Origin: Escherichia phage Ec_Makalu_003
Sequence record: MN882349.1
Reading direction: 5' to 3' (one strand)
Length of the DNA stretch: 64,000 nt
In this document: positions 26,626 to 35,269 of the stretch, one piece after another
Position numbering within the stretch: the stretch's first letter is position 1
Layout: each line of letters starts with the position of its first letter
Program-made: the position numbers and the translations under genes
Notes under the pieces: generated by a model
The model's database searches: none
What the model saw: the letters and a program-made list of their open reading frames with translations, nothing else
What the model was told of the DNA's origin: nothing

Positions 26626-26844
26626 TTATTTATATCGCTTTCTCTCGCGACGTTTTTGATCTTCTTCCTTGATAGAGTTAAATGCATCAAAAAGACACAT
26701 GACACTAATAATAAACATAACCGTATTTTCTACGATATCCCACGGCTTCGCATCAGTACAGATCCCCCAAACGGTAAGAAATGCAAATAAGGCAGAAGAG
26801 ATCACAAGCATGATACTTGCTAAGATATAAAAGGTCATCTTCAT
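26626..26844 (-). CDS. small membrane protein
   Basis: 72 aa; two TM helices; basic C-tail 'KRRERKRYK'. Confidence 0.45.
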   Translation of the reverse strand: MKMTFYILASIMLVISSALFAFLTVWGICTDAKPWDIVENTVMFIISVMCLFDAFNSIKEEDQKRRERKRYK

Positions 26845-27035
26845 GGTTTTACCTCAATTCTTCGATATTCATCACACATCCACGCAGTAAGCAAGAATCC
26901 CAACACATAAGCAACAAAATACGTTAATGCTTCTTCTGGTTCGGTGCTATGCGCCATCATCAGACCAGCGAGAAAGGTCTTAACAATTACATTTAAAATA
27001 ATTAGCCACGCAAATAATTTCATCGTTTGCCCCAT
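26841..27035 (-). CDS. small membrane protein
   Basis: 64 aa; hydrophobic. Confidence 0.45.
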   Translation of the reverse strand: MGQTMKLFAWLIILNVIVKTFLAGLMMAHSTEPEEALTYFVAYVLGFLLTAWMCDEYRRIEVKP

Positions 27036-27259
27036 TTCGGTCGAGTCTTCTCAAACTTATACATTCCGTAACAATCTCGAATCATCCACGTAACAAGAGC
27101 ACCAGTCAACACAGACAATACACAGAAGAAGTAAAACGGTCCGGTTGCATTATCAACATGAGCAAGCCATGTAAAGAATACACATGCTAAGAATGTAAAG
27201 AACATCATAAAACACAAGAAAGCAAAATATTTTATGCTACTCATATCGCCACCATACAA
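27020..27259 (-). CDS. small membrane protein
   Basis: 79 aa; hydrophobic. Confidence 0.45.
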   Translation of the reverse strand: MYGGDMSSIKYFAFLCFMMFFTFLACVFFTWLAHVDNATGPFYFFCVLSVLTGALVTWMIRDCYGMYKFEKTRPKWGKR

Positions 27260-27347
27260 CAGATCATAAGAAACCCCAACGCAATAAGAATTGCATCAAA
27301 TTTAGTGAACTCCGGTCCACCTATCAACATCATTCGTTCCTGTTCAG

Positions 27348-27545
27348 TCATAGATCACAGATCCATCTAAAAGCACCACATACAGCGATCAGGAGTGTAG
27401 GAACACTTGAGAAGAAAACCAATGTACAAAAATCATCTAGTGTAATACCGGAATAACTACCTACTGCAATCACACCGATGATCAGACACAGAAAGAAAAC
27501 AAATGCAATCAGAAACAAAGTATTGCTAAACAGTTTAGTGATCAT
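27348..27545 (-). CDS. small membrane protein
   Basis: 65 aa; hydrophobic. Confidence 0.45.
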   Translation of the reverse strand: MITKLFSNTLFLIAFVFFLCLIIGVIAVGSYSGITLDDFCTLVFFSSVPTLLIAVCGAFRWICDL

Positions 27546-27739
27546 TAGACACCCCCACGACGGTCAATTTCAAAAACTTTCTTATCACAGACAAAGCAGG
27601 TCACTACAGCCTCATTGACTTCCGCAAATTGTTGTGTTACCCACTTAAGGTCAGAGCTAAACAATGTTTTGTTAATAACAAATGTTTTACCTTTCTTATC
27701 TTTACCCATAAATTTTGCGTTAACCATATCCAATTCCAT
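27545..27739 (-). CDS. hypothetical protein
   Basis: 64-aa ORF. Confidence 0.4.
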   Translation of the reverse strand: MELDMVNAKFMGKDKKGKTFVINKTLFSSDLKWVTQQFAEVNEAVVTCFVCDKKVFEIDRRGGV

Positions 27740-27748
27740 ATTATCACC

Positions 27749-27907
27749 TTATTTGCTAATCGCTAAACCTAATCCGAAGAGAGCACCAGACGCTACAGTA
27801 TACCCGAAAGTTTCAAAGGCAGTAAAGATATCCAACCCACCAGCTAACAGAGTTGCAGTAAACAGAGTACCAGCTACGAACATAAAAGTTTTACCGATAA
27901 ATTTCAT
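27749..27907 (-). CDS. small hydrophobic peptide (52 aa), absent from the ORF track
   Basis: Hand-translated as MKFIGKTFMFVAGTLFTATLLAGGLDIFTAFETFGYTVASGALFGLGLAISK; ATG follows the cassette RBS. Confidence 0.4.
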   Translation of the reverse strand: MKFIGKTFMFVAGTLFTATLLAGGLDIFTAFETFGYTVASGALFGLGLAISK

Positions 27908-27967
27908 TTTGATTCTCCTTTCGTTTGTTTGTGGGGGTATCTTACTACCCCCGTTTCATGTTGTCAA
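27908..27967 (-). promoter_or_regulatory. early promoter/stem-loop cassette copy O
   Basis: palindrome GGGGGTATCTTACTACCCCC, -35 TGTCAA (rc). Confidence 0.55.
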
Positions 27968-27974
27968 ACTGTTT

Positions 27975-28352
27975 TTAAGAATATTTTACTTCGTCTACAA
28001 TGTCTTTCATGACATTAATTTCCATTCCGGTCAGAACACGTTGGAACATGTGCTGCACATACGCTTTCAGGTATTCATTTGATGGCTTGCTATCAAAAGT
28101 CTTTTTAATGTAGTAGTCATCACCGAAAGCTACTGTAATTACATTTTCGTCGTCGTTCCAGGCAATATAAGCAAATTTTCCGTTATCCCAGAAGCGAGCA
28201 CTAATTGCTACTTTGGTTGAATCGAATCCGACTTCGCTGTGAGATTCAAGAACTACTTGCGTGCCCGTTTCTTTATGAATGTAGTAGCGGGATACTAAGT
28301 CAAAGTTACGGGTGTAGTGACATTCGAATTTATCTTTAAACATCATCATCAT
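27975..28352 (-). CDS. hypothetical protein
   Basis: 125-aa ORF with promoter cassette upstream. Confidence 0.5.
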   Translation of the reverse strand: MMMMFKDKFECHYTRNFDLVSRYYIHKETGTQVVLESHSEVGFDSTKVAISARFWDNGKFAYIAWNDDENVITVAFGDDYYIKKTFDSKPSNEYLKAYVQHMFQRVLTGMEINVMKDIVDEVKYS

Positions 28353-28420
28353 TTTTTGATTCTCCTAAGTGTGTTTCGTTTCGATGTGTGCATTATGCTA
28401 TATTCGTTTATGGTTGTCAA
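28353..28420 (-). promoter_or_regulatory. early promoter/stem-loop cassette copy P
   Basis: conserved RBS and leader GTGTTTCGTTTCGATGTGTG, -35 TGTCAA (rc). Confidence 0.55.
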
Positions 28421-28424
28421 CACA

Positions 28425-28456
28425 TAAAAACAAAAAACCCCGAAAAAAATTTCGGG
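28425..28456 (-). terminator. rho-independent terminator after 57B/acb1
   Basis: CCCCGAAA-AAAA-TTTCGGGG hairpin followed by a long U-tract on minus strand. Confidence 0.65.
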
Positions 28457-28464
28457 GTATAGAA

Positions 28465-28935
28465 TTACAGTTTGGTCGTCCACTCCAGGTCTAGATCTTC
28501 GACATATTCATGTGATCGGACAATCTCTAAATCGAACTCTAGGTCAGTGCCAAATTTACGCGCACCAACATCATAAGAAAGCGTGATATGCGGTACATAT
28601 TCAGGATAATCCCACGTCGCACCTAAAGCAGTGCCGATATCGTGTCTGAATTGCATGTAGTCGCTTTCAAATGCCAGCACAAGTGCATTAGTACCGGATT
28701 GAGTTTCAAACACTTTCAGATGGCACAGAGAGCCTAAGAACTTCTCTCCTTCTTCTGGGATAAACGGAACATAAACACGAGAATATAAGATCGTGCTATG
28801 AAGTTTATCACGAGGAACGGCATTAGGCAGATCGTAGAACTCCTGCAATTTTTCAATGCGGTCTAGTGTATCCTCAGTGAATTTAACCGCCGCATATGTA
28901 CCTTTAACGGATTCTCGAAACGGGGTCATAATCAA
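28465..28935 (-). CDS. acb1: 2H-phosphoesterase (gene 57B position; Acb1-type cyclic-nucleotide phosphodiesterase)
   Basis: 156 aa; two H-x-(T/S)-x motifs ('HSTILYS', 'HITLSYD') typical of the 2H/LigT fold; immediately upstream of 57A as in T4. Confidence 0.7.
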   Translation of the reverse strand: MIMTPFRESVKGTYAAVKFTEDTLDRIEKLQEFYDLPNAVPRDKLHSTILYSRVYVPFIPEEGEKFLGSLCHLKVFETQSGTNALVLAFESDYMQFRHDIGTALGATWDYPEYVPHITLSYDVGARKFGTDLEFDLEIVRSHEYVEDLDLEWTTKL

Positions 28936-29198
28936 GCCTCCGTGATCAGTTCTACTTCCTCGTCTGCTTCTTCTGCGTCTTCTTCTTTAGGGAGAAGTGC
29001 TTTCACTTCTTCGACAATCGCATCAAGGGAAACAGTGCCGTTTTCGTCTGGCTGAATACCCAGAATGCGTACCAGTTCCATCAATACACGCTCACGATCT
29101 TTCAGTTGGCCTTCTAAGAATGCGGCCTTTTCTTGAGTGTCAAACAGACGTACTTTCAGGACATTAATCATTTGTTCATGCTGATTGGACATATTCAC
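28932..29198 (-). CDS. 57A: tail-fibre assembly chaperone gp57A
   Basis: 88 aa; coiled-coil with acidic C-tail; position before gene 1. Confidence 0.75.
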   Translation of the reverse strand: MNMSNQHEQMINVLKVRLFDTQEKAAFLEGQLKDRERVLMELVRILGIQPDENGTVSLDAIVEEVKALLPKEEDAEEADEEVELITEA

Positions 29199-29224
29199 AT
29201 CTCCTACTTGTTGATAACTTTTTA

Positions 29225-29881
29225 TTAAATGTTCGCGAGAATCGCGCTTTCAAATTCTTCTAATGTACCATTATTTATGATAATGGTTTCACCGTCAATA
29301 GGCAAAATTCCTTTTTCGGTGGAGTGAGTCGATACAATACCAGTATCACGATGAATATGCAACACCTTTGCTCCCATAGCACGCATGAGAGCAATTTCAA
29401 TAGGCTGACGCACATCAACCACTACAAAATACCCTTCTTCATTTTTGCGCTTCATAAACTCATTCACGAAGAGATTACACCAATAAAGCGGATTGATCAA
29501 GTTAACCATTATATCAGTACCGAGAGTGGTTAACATGAGACGAATAGACCAGACGTTATTATGTTTTTCGCCAATCTCATTAACGACCTTGTAAATCTCA
29601 GACAGACGATCACAAGTAAAGGAACTACCGCCATACTTCGAATCTAGCATAAGCAGACACTGAATAAACCACTTATGCGCGGTATATGTATCAATACCTA
29701 GATCGGCTTCTCTGTCACGCCCTAACCCGTCAAAGTCAAGATAAGTCAGACCTAAGTCTGGTTGACATTCGCATAAGATTTCTTTGATCGGTGCTGCCAG
29801 TTGATAACTGTGTCCATCAATGATTAACGCGGCAGTGTCTTTTCCTACTCGCTTTTTACCACAAAGTGCAATCAATTTCAT
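29225..29881 (-). CDS. 1: deoxynucleoside monophosphate kinase
   Basis: 218 aa; P-loop 'CGKKRVGKDT'; canonical 1-3-2-4 order. Confidence 0.85.
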   Translation of the reverse strand: MKLIALCGKKRVGKDTAALIIDGHSYQLAAPIKEILCECQPDLGLTYLDFDGLGRDREADLGIDTYTAHKWFIQCLLMLDSKYGGSSFTCDRLSEIYKVVNEIGEKHNNVWSIRLMLTTLGTDIMVNLINPLYWCNLFVNEFMKRKNEEGYFVVVDVRQPIEIALMRAMGAKVLHIHRDTGIVSTHSTEKGILPIDGETIIINNGTLEEFESAILANI

Positions 29882-29896
29882 AATATAAGCCTCTTG

Positions 29897-30487
29897 TTAC
29901 TTTCTAAAAGCAGGGTGCATAGCTTTAATTCCTTCCACTCGCTGACGATCCGCCGCCTGAATTGCTGGGCGAGGAACGATCAGTTGACCATCACGTTCAA
30001 TGCTCATTGTTTTAAATGGAAGAATTGCAGTACACACCAGAGATTCATGCATATCATCGGTGTATGTTAACTCAAGTTCCCCCAATTGTGAACACCAACA
30101 ACCATAAAAGTTAAAGGTGCATACAATGTTACGGCGTTCATTGTCCATCATGTGAACTTGAACGGCTTCCGGCATTGAATCCTTCCACGCGGTGGAGTTA
30201 CCGTTATTGTAGTCTACTATAGAAAGCATCCATGTGTAAAGGTTTAGATAGCTTTCCAAATGCTCATCGACAATAAACCGGACTACCAGCGGGTCAAACT
30301 CTACATGACTGGAAGGATAATCAGCGACCGCCAAACCATATTGACCAGCAACTTGCTTAGTCGGTGGAATGGTTATAGCCGGAAGTGTAACACCTTGAGC
30401 ATTTAAAGTAAAGCCTTTTGTTAGTTGACCATCTGGAATACTGATCTGCCAGTTACTAGGGTTAGCATAGTTAAAGAGATTAGACAT
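29897..30487 (-). CDS. 3: tail completion / sheath stabiliser protein gp3
   Basis: 196 aa; position between genes 1 and 2. Confidence 0.75.
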   Translation of the reverse strand: MSNLFNYANPSNWQISIPDGQLTKGFTLNAQGVTLPAITIPPTKQVAGQYGLAVADYPSSHVEFDPLVVRFIVDEHLESYLNLYTWMLSIVDYNNGNSTAWKDSMPEAVQVHMMDNERRNIVCTFNFYGCWCSQLGELELTYTDDMHESLVCTAILPFKTMSIERDGQLIVPRPAIQAADRQRVEGIKAMHPAFRK

Positions 30488-30676
30488 TACTGATTCCTCA
30501 AATGAAAATATTTATTAACAATTGTCGCTTTGCGACGTGCCGTAGGCACTGACTACTTTTTAACCGAAACAATTTTTTATTATTCTAAAGATCTTTCTTC
30601 GTTTTGGTTATGTTTTAACCAATAACTATATTTTTATACAGTAATAAATAAAACGGGTACTATACGAGGACTTCTT

Positions 30677-30931
30677 ATGACAGAAGACATTTTGTTAAAA
30701 CTCTATGATCGTTTGGATAACGAATTAGCAACATTGCGGGGTGAAGTTCTCTATTTGTCTAAATGCAATACAGATCTGCTTAAGCAGATTGCAGAAAGGG
30801 ATGATCAAATAAAATCCCTTTCAGGTGCATTACGTGATCGCGACAAGGCATTAGAGATTTTACAGCGTGTTACCAATAAGGAAGAATTAAAAGACTTCTT
30901 ACATGGTTATGCTCATGCTATCGATCTATAA
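30677..30931 (+). CDS. small coiled-coil protein of unknown function (non-backbone insert)
   Basis: 84 aa; GAGGA RBS 7 nt upstream; ends 2 nt before a terminator hairpin; lies opposite to flanking genes 3 and 2. Confidence 0.5.
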   Translation: MTEDILLKLYDRLDNELATLRGEVLYLSKCNTDLLKQIAERDDQIKSLSGALRDRDKALEILQRVTNKEELKDFLHGYAHAIDL

Positions 30932-30958
30932 TAAAAAAAGCCCGTCATTGACGGGCTT
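30932..30958 (-). terminator. bidirectional terminator hairpin (after gene 2 and after the plus-strand ORF)
   Basis: GCCCGTCA-TTG-ACGGGC hairpin; U-tract on minus strand, weaker T-run on plus. Confidence 0.6.
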
Positions 30959-30962
30959 AATA

Positions 30963-31784
30963 TTATGCATCCTTCCAAACTTTCCTTGCGTCGTATTTCT
31001 TGCCTTTTGACATAAACTGATATGTAGGCATATAGATAATATTGCTCCAGTCTTTCGGGCTAATCTCAACAAGTTTTGTTTTAATGTGTCCCGGCAAGTA
31101 TGCTTTGATCATGTGATCACTTCCACGCATACCTTTTACATCGCTCCATTTGATTTTTAAGCGTGTTTTATTGCTCAAGGTAGGCGTAGATGCATATTGC
31201 TTTAAAAGTGCTTCCAGAAACTGCTGACGGGCTTTAGGCGTTACATAGTGTAAGTTAAGACCCAGCATTACAGTATTACCCGCCTTTGTCTTAGAATCAC
31301 CCAGACAAATGATCAGCGGGAAAACATCCCAATATGGCAAAGTGTCTTTATACTTCGCATCATACATAAAAGTATAGATTCGCCCTACTTGCGGTTTTAC
31401 AATCTGGTGTCCCTTTATTCCCGCTTTTATTGTTTTGGTAAACCATTCCTGTGATTTTTCTTTAGGACGACTCTTTGATACAGCACGCATAGACGCACGA
31501 AAATCATTAATCATCATCATTGCGCGTTGCTGCTTATTGAGACCCTTTGCACCTTTCCCTTTTAGTTTTTCAACTTCTATTGCTGTTTTAATTTCGCTGG
31601 CATAACGAGACATACTTTTAGTGAAAGTCGCATAGGCTATTCCCTTAGAATCTGCAAATGCTTTAGCTGTCATGCCTTTGGCTTTTGCTTTCGCAAATTC
31701 TACACCCAATTCGACCCACTGTTTAGACTTTCGCTTTTGGGGAGACGGCTTTTCGTCTTCTGTGATTATTTCAAATACGCTCAT
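30963..31784 (-). CDS. 2: DNA end protector protein gp2
   Basis: 273 aa; basic; canonical position. Confidence 0.8.
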   Translation of the reverse strand: MSVFEIITEDEKPSPQKRKSKQWVELGVEFAKAKAKGMTAKAFADSKGIAYATFTKSMSRYASEIKTAIEVEKLKGKGAKGLNKQQRAMMMINDFRASMRAVSKSRPKEKSQEWFTKTIKAGIKGHQIVKPQVGRIYTFMYDAKYKDTLPYWDVFPLIICLGDSKTKAGNTVMLGLNLHYVTPKARQQFLEALLKQYASTPTLSNKTRLKIKWSDVKGMRGSDHMIKAYLPGHIKTKLVEISPKDWSNIIYMPTYQFMSKGKKYDARKVWKDA

Positions 31785-31795
31785 AATATTATCCT

Positions 31796-32269
31796 CTATT
31801 TGTTAAGCCCTTTAAAGCCAAATACTTTCTTTAATGCATGTTCGGTTATGATCTTAAACTCCATGTTATGCTTTTGGCATAATTTCACGGCAGCTAACCA
31901 TTTTTCAGTATTTTTTGTGTACGTCCATACTTCATGCATATACCGTTGCTTTGTCTTCGCGGTCATTCTTTTTGGCTTTTCCGGTGGCCTTGTCTCTTTA
32001 GCTGGTTTAACTTCCCATAAATGCTCCTTGCCATCATCAAACTTAACGTAAAAATCCATAAAGTATCTGTGTCTTTTTCCATCTGTTGATGACTCATAAG
32101 GAATTACTACGGTCTCAGATCCCCATTTTGCAACTCTAGGATTGCGGTCTAGCCACTGCATGATCCATCTTTCCCAGCTTGAACGGTATGTGATTTTCCG
32201 TATATCCCCTTTATACTTTTCCTTATTCTCAGGAACATACTTGCCCTTATAAGTGTTAGATCCTCCCAT
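31796..32269 (-). CDS. 4: head completion protein gp4
   Basis: 157 aa; canonical position divergent from gene 53. Confidence 0.8.
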   Translation of the reverse strand: MGGSNTYKGKYVPENKEKYKGDIRKITYRSSWERWIMQWLDRNPRVAKWGSETVVIPYESSTDGKRHRYFMDFYVKFDDGKEHLWEVKPAKETRPPEKPKRMTAKTKQRYMHEVWTYTKNTEKWLAAVKLCQKHNMEFKIITEHALKKVFGFKGLNK

Positions 32270-32284
32270 TTTAGCACCCTTTAT

Positions 32285-32292
32285 TATAAATA
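32285..32292 (+). promoter_or_regulatory. late promoter (TATAAATA) for gene 53 operon
   Basis: exact TATAAATA about 33 nt upstream of the gene 53 ATG. Confidence 0.6.
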
Positions 32293-32324
32293 CATAATAC
32301 TATTTATCAATTGAGGGTGCTAAA

Positions 32325-32879
32325 ATGCTCTTTTCTTTCTTCCCTGCCATAGAATACAACGGCAAGATGATTACTGACATTGTGCGCAATTACCGCGCAT
32401 ATTTCAACGCAATAATTTCTGATTATAACATACAAACATATTACATTCAAGGTAGTCCACGACCGGAACAAGTTGCATATGAAGTATACGGAAACCAGCA
32501 ACTTTATTGGATCTTGCTGATGCTTAATGACGTATACGATCCGTTTCATGACTGGATCACCGATCAAGAGACAGCATATGAATCAGCCGAACAACGATAT
32601 GCAAATGTAGGAGGAAATCAAGTATTATATCACGTTGATATTGACGGAAACAAGTATTGGAATCTTACCGAATATCCGAAAGGGTCAAGCAATTGGTACG
32701 ACAAAGGGGATATTCATCACCGTCATTTGCAGTTTCATGGTGCACTGTCGGCTGTAGACACACTGGAAGATGCGATCCTCCGCAATGAGGAACGACGCAA
32801 GATCAAGATCATAGATCCTACACAAATTAAACAATTTATTAACGCATTCATTCGAGAAATGGAAAAGGCTGATGTGTAA
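32325..32879 (+). CDS. 53: baseplate wedge protein gp53
   Basis: 184 aa; position before gene 5. Confidence 0.8.
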   Translation: MLFSFFPAIEYNGKMITDIVRNYRAYFNAIISDYNIQTYYIQGSPRPEQVAYEVYGNQQLYWILLMLNDVYDPFHDWITDQETAYESAEQRYANVGGNQVLYHVDIDGNKYWNLTEYPKGSSNWYDKGDIHHRHLQFHGALSAVDTLEDAILRNEERRKIKIIDPTQIKQFINAFIREMEKADV

Positions 32880-32890
32880 GGTGATTAATT

Positions 32891-34690
32891 ATGCTAATGT
32901 TTAATAACTCCGTTAAATGGTTTACCGGAATTGTGGAAAATAGGGAAGACCCGTTAATGTTAGGCCGAGTTCAGGTCAGGATTCATGGTATACATCCTTC
33001 GCTATCCGCACACGGTGACATTCAAGGTCTTCCAACCGAAGATCTATTATGGATTACGCCAGTACAAGATATTACAAGCGCGGCGATCTCCGGTATAGGT
33101 CAAAGCCCTACTGGTATTGTTGAAGGTTCAATGGTATTTGGTTTGGCCTTAGATGAACGTTATTTAAACTGCGTTATTCTGGGTACTATTGCCGGACAAT
33201 ATACAGAGAAACCACTCACTACAGAAGGTTTTTGCGACCCTTCTGGTGCATACCCGCGCTATATTGGTAATGATGTTAATATTCTTGCCCGTGGCGGTAT
33301 TAACCCAGAAACCGGACAAACAACAAAACCTGATAGTGTCTATATTCGAGATGAAAACACTGGAGTTGCAGTAAATCCAGACGACGAGCCATTAGATCAA
33401 ATTCCGGTTGATGATAATCCTGATTTTACAATAGAAAAAATGCTGCGGGGAGATGAGGGATATCGCGAGAAATGGTATCTTGATTCAGAAGGATACCCGA
33501 CAATAGGCATCGGGCATTTGATCATTTATAAGAAAACCAGTGATCTGGGTATTATCAATAATGAACTTTCTAAGCTGGTAGGGCGTGAAGTTACAAACGG
33601 AAGACTTACCGCCGAAGAAGTTAGTAAGGTATTTGCTGACGATATAGAAAAAACTCGTCGTGATATGCGCAAACATCCACGAATTGCACCTGTCTATAAT
33701 AAATGTAATGCTTCTCGTCGTATGGCATTAGAAAATATGGCGTTTCAAATGGGTGTTGGTGGATTGGGTAAATTTAAGAATAGTCTTGCTGCGATGTTAG
33801 CGGAAGAATGGAAACAAGCCTATGATGGATTACGTCAATCAGTATGGGCTAATCAAACTCCGGGACGCTCCAGCCGTGTTTCTAAAATTATTCTTACTGG
33901 CAACTTAGAATCCTATGGCGTAATTGCTCCTAAGAAAGAGGAATCTGTTTCCGATGATCCGCGAGCACGTTTGAGAAATGCCCGTATTGCTGCCTATAAG
34001 ACGCAGAGAGCAGAAGAAGACCCAGAAGCACCGTTTACCCCACAAGACACACGAATCATGTTTAAAGAGCCTAAGAGTTCGTATTCTGCAAGGTATCCAT
34101 ATAACCATGTGTACGAATCAGAGAGCGGTCATATTATCGAGATTGATGATACTCCTTCTCATGAGCGTTATCATCGCAAACATCCTTCTGGTACATTTGA
34201 AGAAACCAGACCGGACGGAACGAGGGTAGAAAAGATTGAAGGCGATGATTATTTGATCGTTAAGCAAGGCCGCAAAGTCAACGTTAAGGGAAATCTGCAA
34301 GTTGTTGTTGAAGGTGACGCGCAAGTTTATTATATGGGTAATGTGATGCAAACCGTTGATGGTAACGTCACTGAATTTATTCGTGGTAATGTTAATCAAA
34401 CCGTTGAAGGTACAGCTAATATGCATGTTGTAGGTGATGTTACCGCACAACTTGACGCTAATTTGACGGCTAACGTCAAGGGTAATGCTGAATTAATGAT
34501 CGAGGGTAACACTACCGAGACAATTAAAGGAAACTATGATTTAACCGTTGAAGGTAATTTTAATATGACCGTCAATGGCACTAAATCAGATCAGGTTAAT
34601 GGTGACTGGTCCCGTAATTGTGGTGCAAGCGTTAAAGATATTGCATCGGGTACAGTTAAAATTGATGGTAGCCGTATTGATCTTGGGTGA
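32891..34690 (+). CDS. 5: baseplate hub + tail lysozyme gp5
   Basis: 599 aa; central lysozyme domain 'YLDSEGYPTIGIGHLI'; C-terminal VxGxxxxx beta-helix repeats. Confidence 0.9.
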   Translation: MLMFNNSVKWFTGIVENREDPLMLGRVQVRIHGIHPSLSAHGDIQGLPTEDLLWITPVQDITSAAISGIGQSPTGIVEGSMVFGLALDERYLNCVILGTIAGQYTEKPLTTEGFCDPSGAYPRYIGNDVNILARGGINPETGQTTKPDSVYIRDENTGVAVNPDDEPLDQIPVDDNPDFTIEKMLRGDEGYREKWYLDSEGYPTIGIGHLIIYKKTSDLGIINNELSKLVGREVTNGRLTAEEVSKVFADDIEKTRRDMRKHPRIAPVYNKCNASRRMALENMAFQMGVGGLGKFKNSLAAMLAEEWKQAYDGLRQSVWANQTPGRSSRVSKIILTGNLESYGVIAPKKEESVSDDPRARLRNARIAAYKTQRAEEDPEAPFTPQDTRIMFKEPKSSYSARYPYNHVYESESGHIIEIDDTPSHERYHRKHPSGTFEETRPDGTRVEKIEGDDYLIVKQGRKVNVKGNLQVVVEGDAQVYYMGNVMQTVDGNVTEFIRGNVNQTVEGTANMHVVGDVTAQLDANLTANVKGNAELMIEGNTTETIKGNYDLTVEGNFNMTVNGTKSDQVNGDWSRNCGASVKDIASGTVKIDGSRIDLG

Positions 34691-34695
34691 GGTAA

Positions 34696-35268
34696 TTGAT
34701 GGTTGAAATTCTTCCTATGAGTTCAAAATTGGAGGATATCAGCGAGCGAGAAATCTTTGAGGTGGTGTTCTCTTATAAGGCAACGCCACCTGATGAAAAT
34801 ACCACATACACGATTAAAGAGTTTAAGATCAGCGAGTATCGCCCTAATAAGGGCGTTACCGTTGAAGAAACTAAAATATCTGGTGAGTATCGGGATAGTT
34901 TTTCGCTTGGCGCGGATTCTCTTAAATATATAACGAAAGATCGAATTAAAAAATCTGCCGGAAGTTTTGATGATTTACCAGATCCAACTACAGCAGATCT
35001 ATATTATTTTAACGCTCCTACACGTCTACAGGAGGTTTATACTTATAAAGTAACCCTAACCTATATCCAATCTGTTTCAGAGTCTTCTGGTGGTTCAGGT
35101 GAAGGAAATAGTGGTGGTTCTAACAGTCGAGAGGGTGCTGGTGAAACTAATCCGCCTCCGGTAGTAACCGAACACACAATAGAGAAAGTTTATACTCAAA
35201 CTGTTTTTGGAAATTGGGATGTGTGGAGTAAACAGTTAAGAGATTATGTTAGAAGAAGTGAGGGATAA
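34696..35268 (+). CDS. hypothetical protein in gene 5-6 interval (T4 5.1 position)
   Basis: 190 aa; Ser/Gly-rich linker. Confidence 0.6.
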   Translation: MMVEILPMSSKLEDISEREIFEVVFSYKATPPDENTTYTIKEFKISEYRPNKGVTVEETKISGEYRDSFSLGADSLKYITKDRIKKSAGSFDDLPDPTTADLYYFNAPTRLQEVYTYKVTLTYIQSVSESSGGSGEGNSGGSNSREGAGETNPPPVVTEHTIEKVYTQTVFGNWDVWSKQLRDYVRRSEG

Positions 35269-35269
35269 T

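Noticed and set aside
919-28420. CRISPR array interpretation of the repeated intergenic elements
   Set aside because: Copies are spaced by whole genes of variable length rather than short uniform spacers, contain promoter and RBS features, and no cas genes are present.
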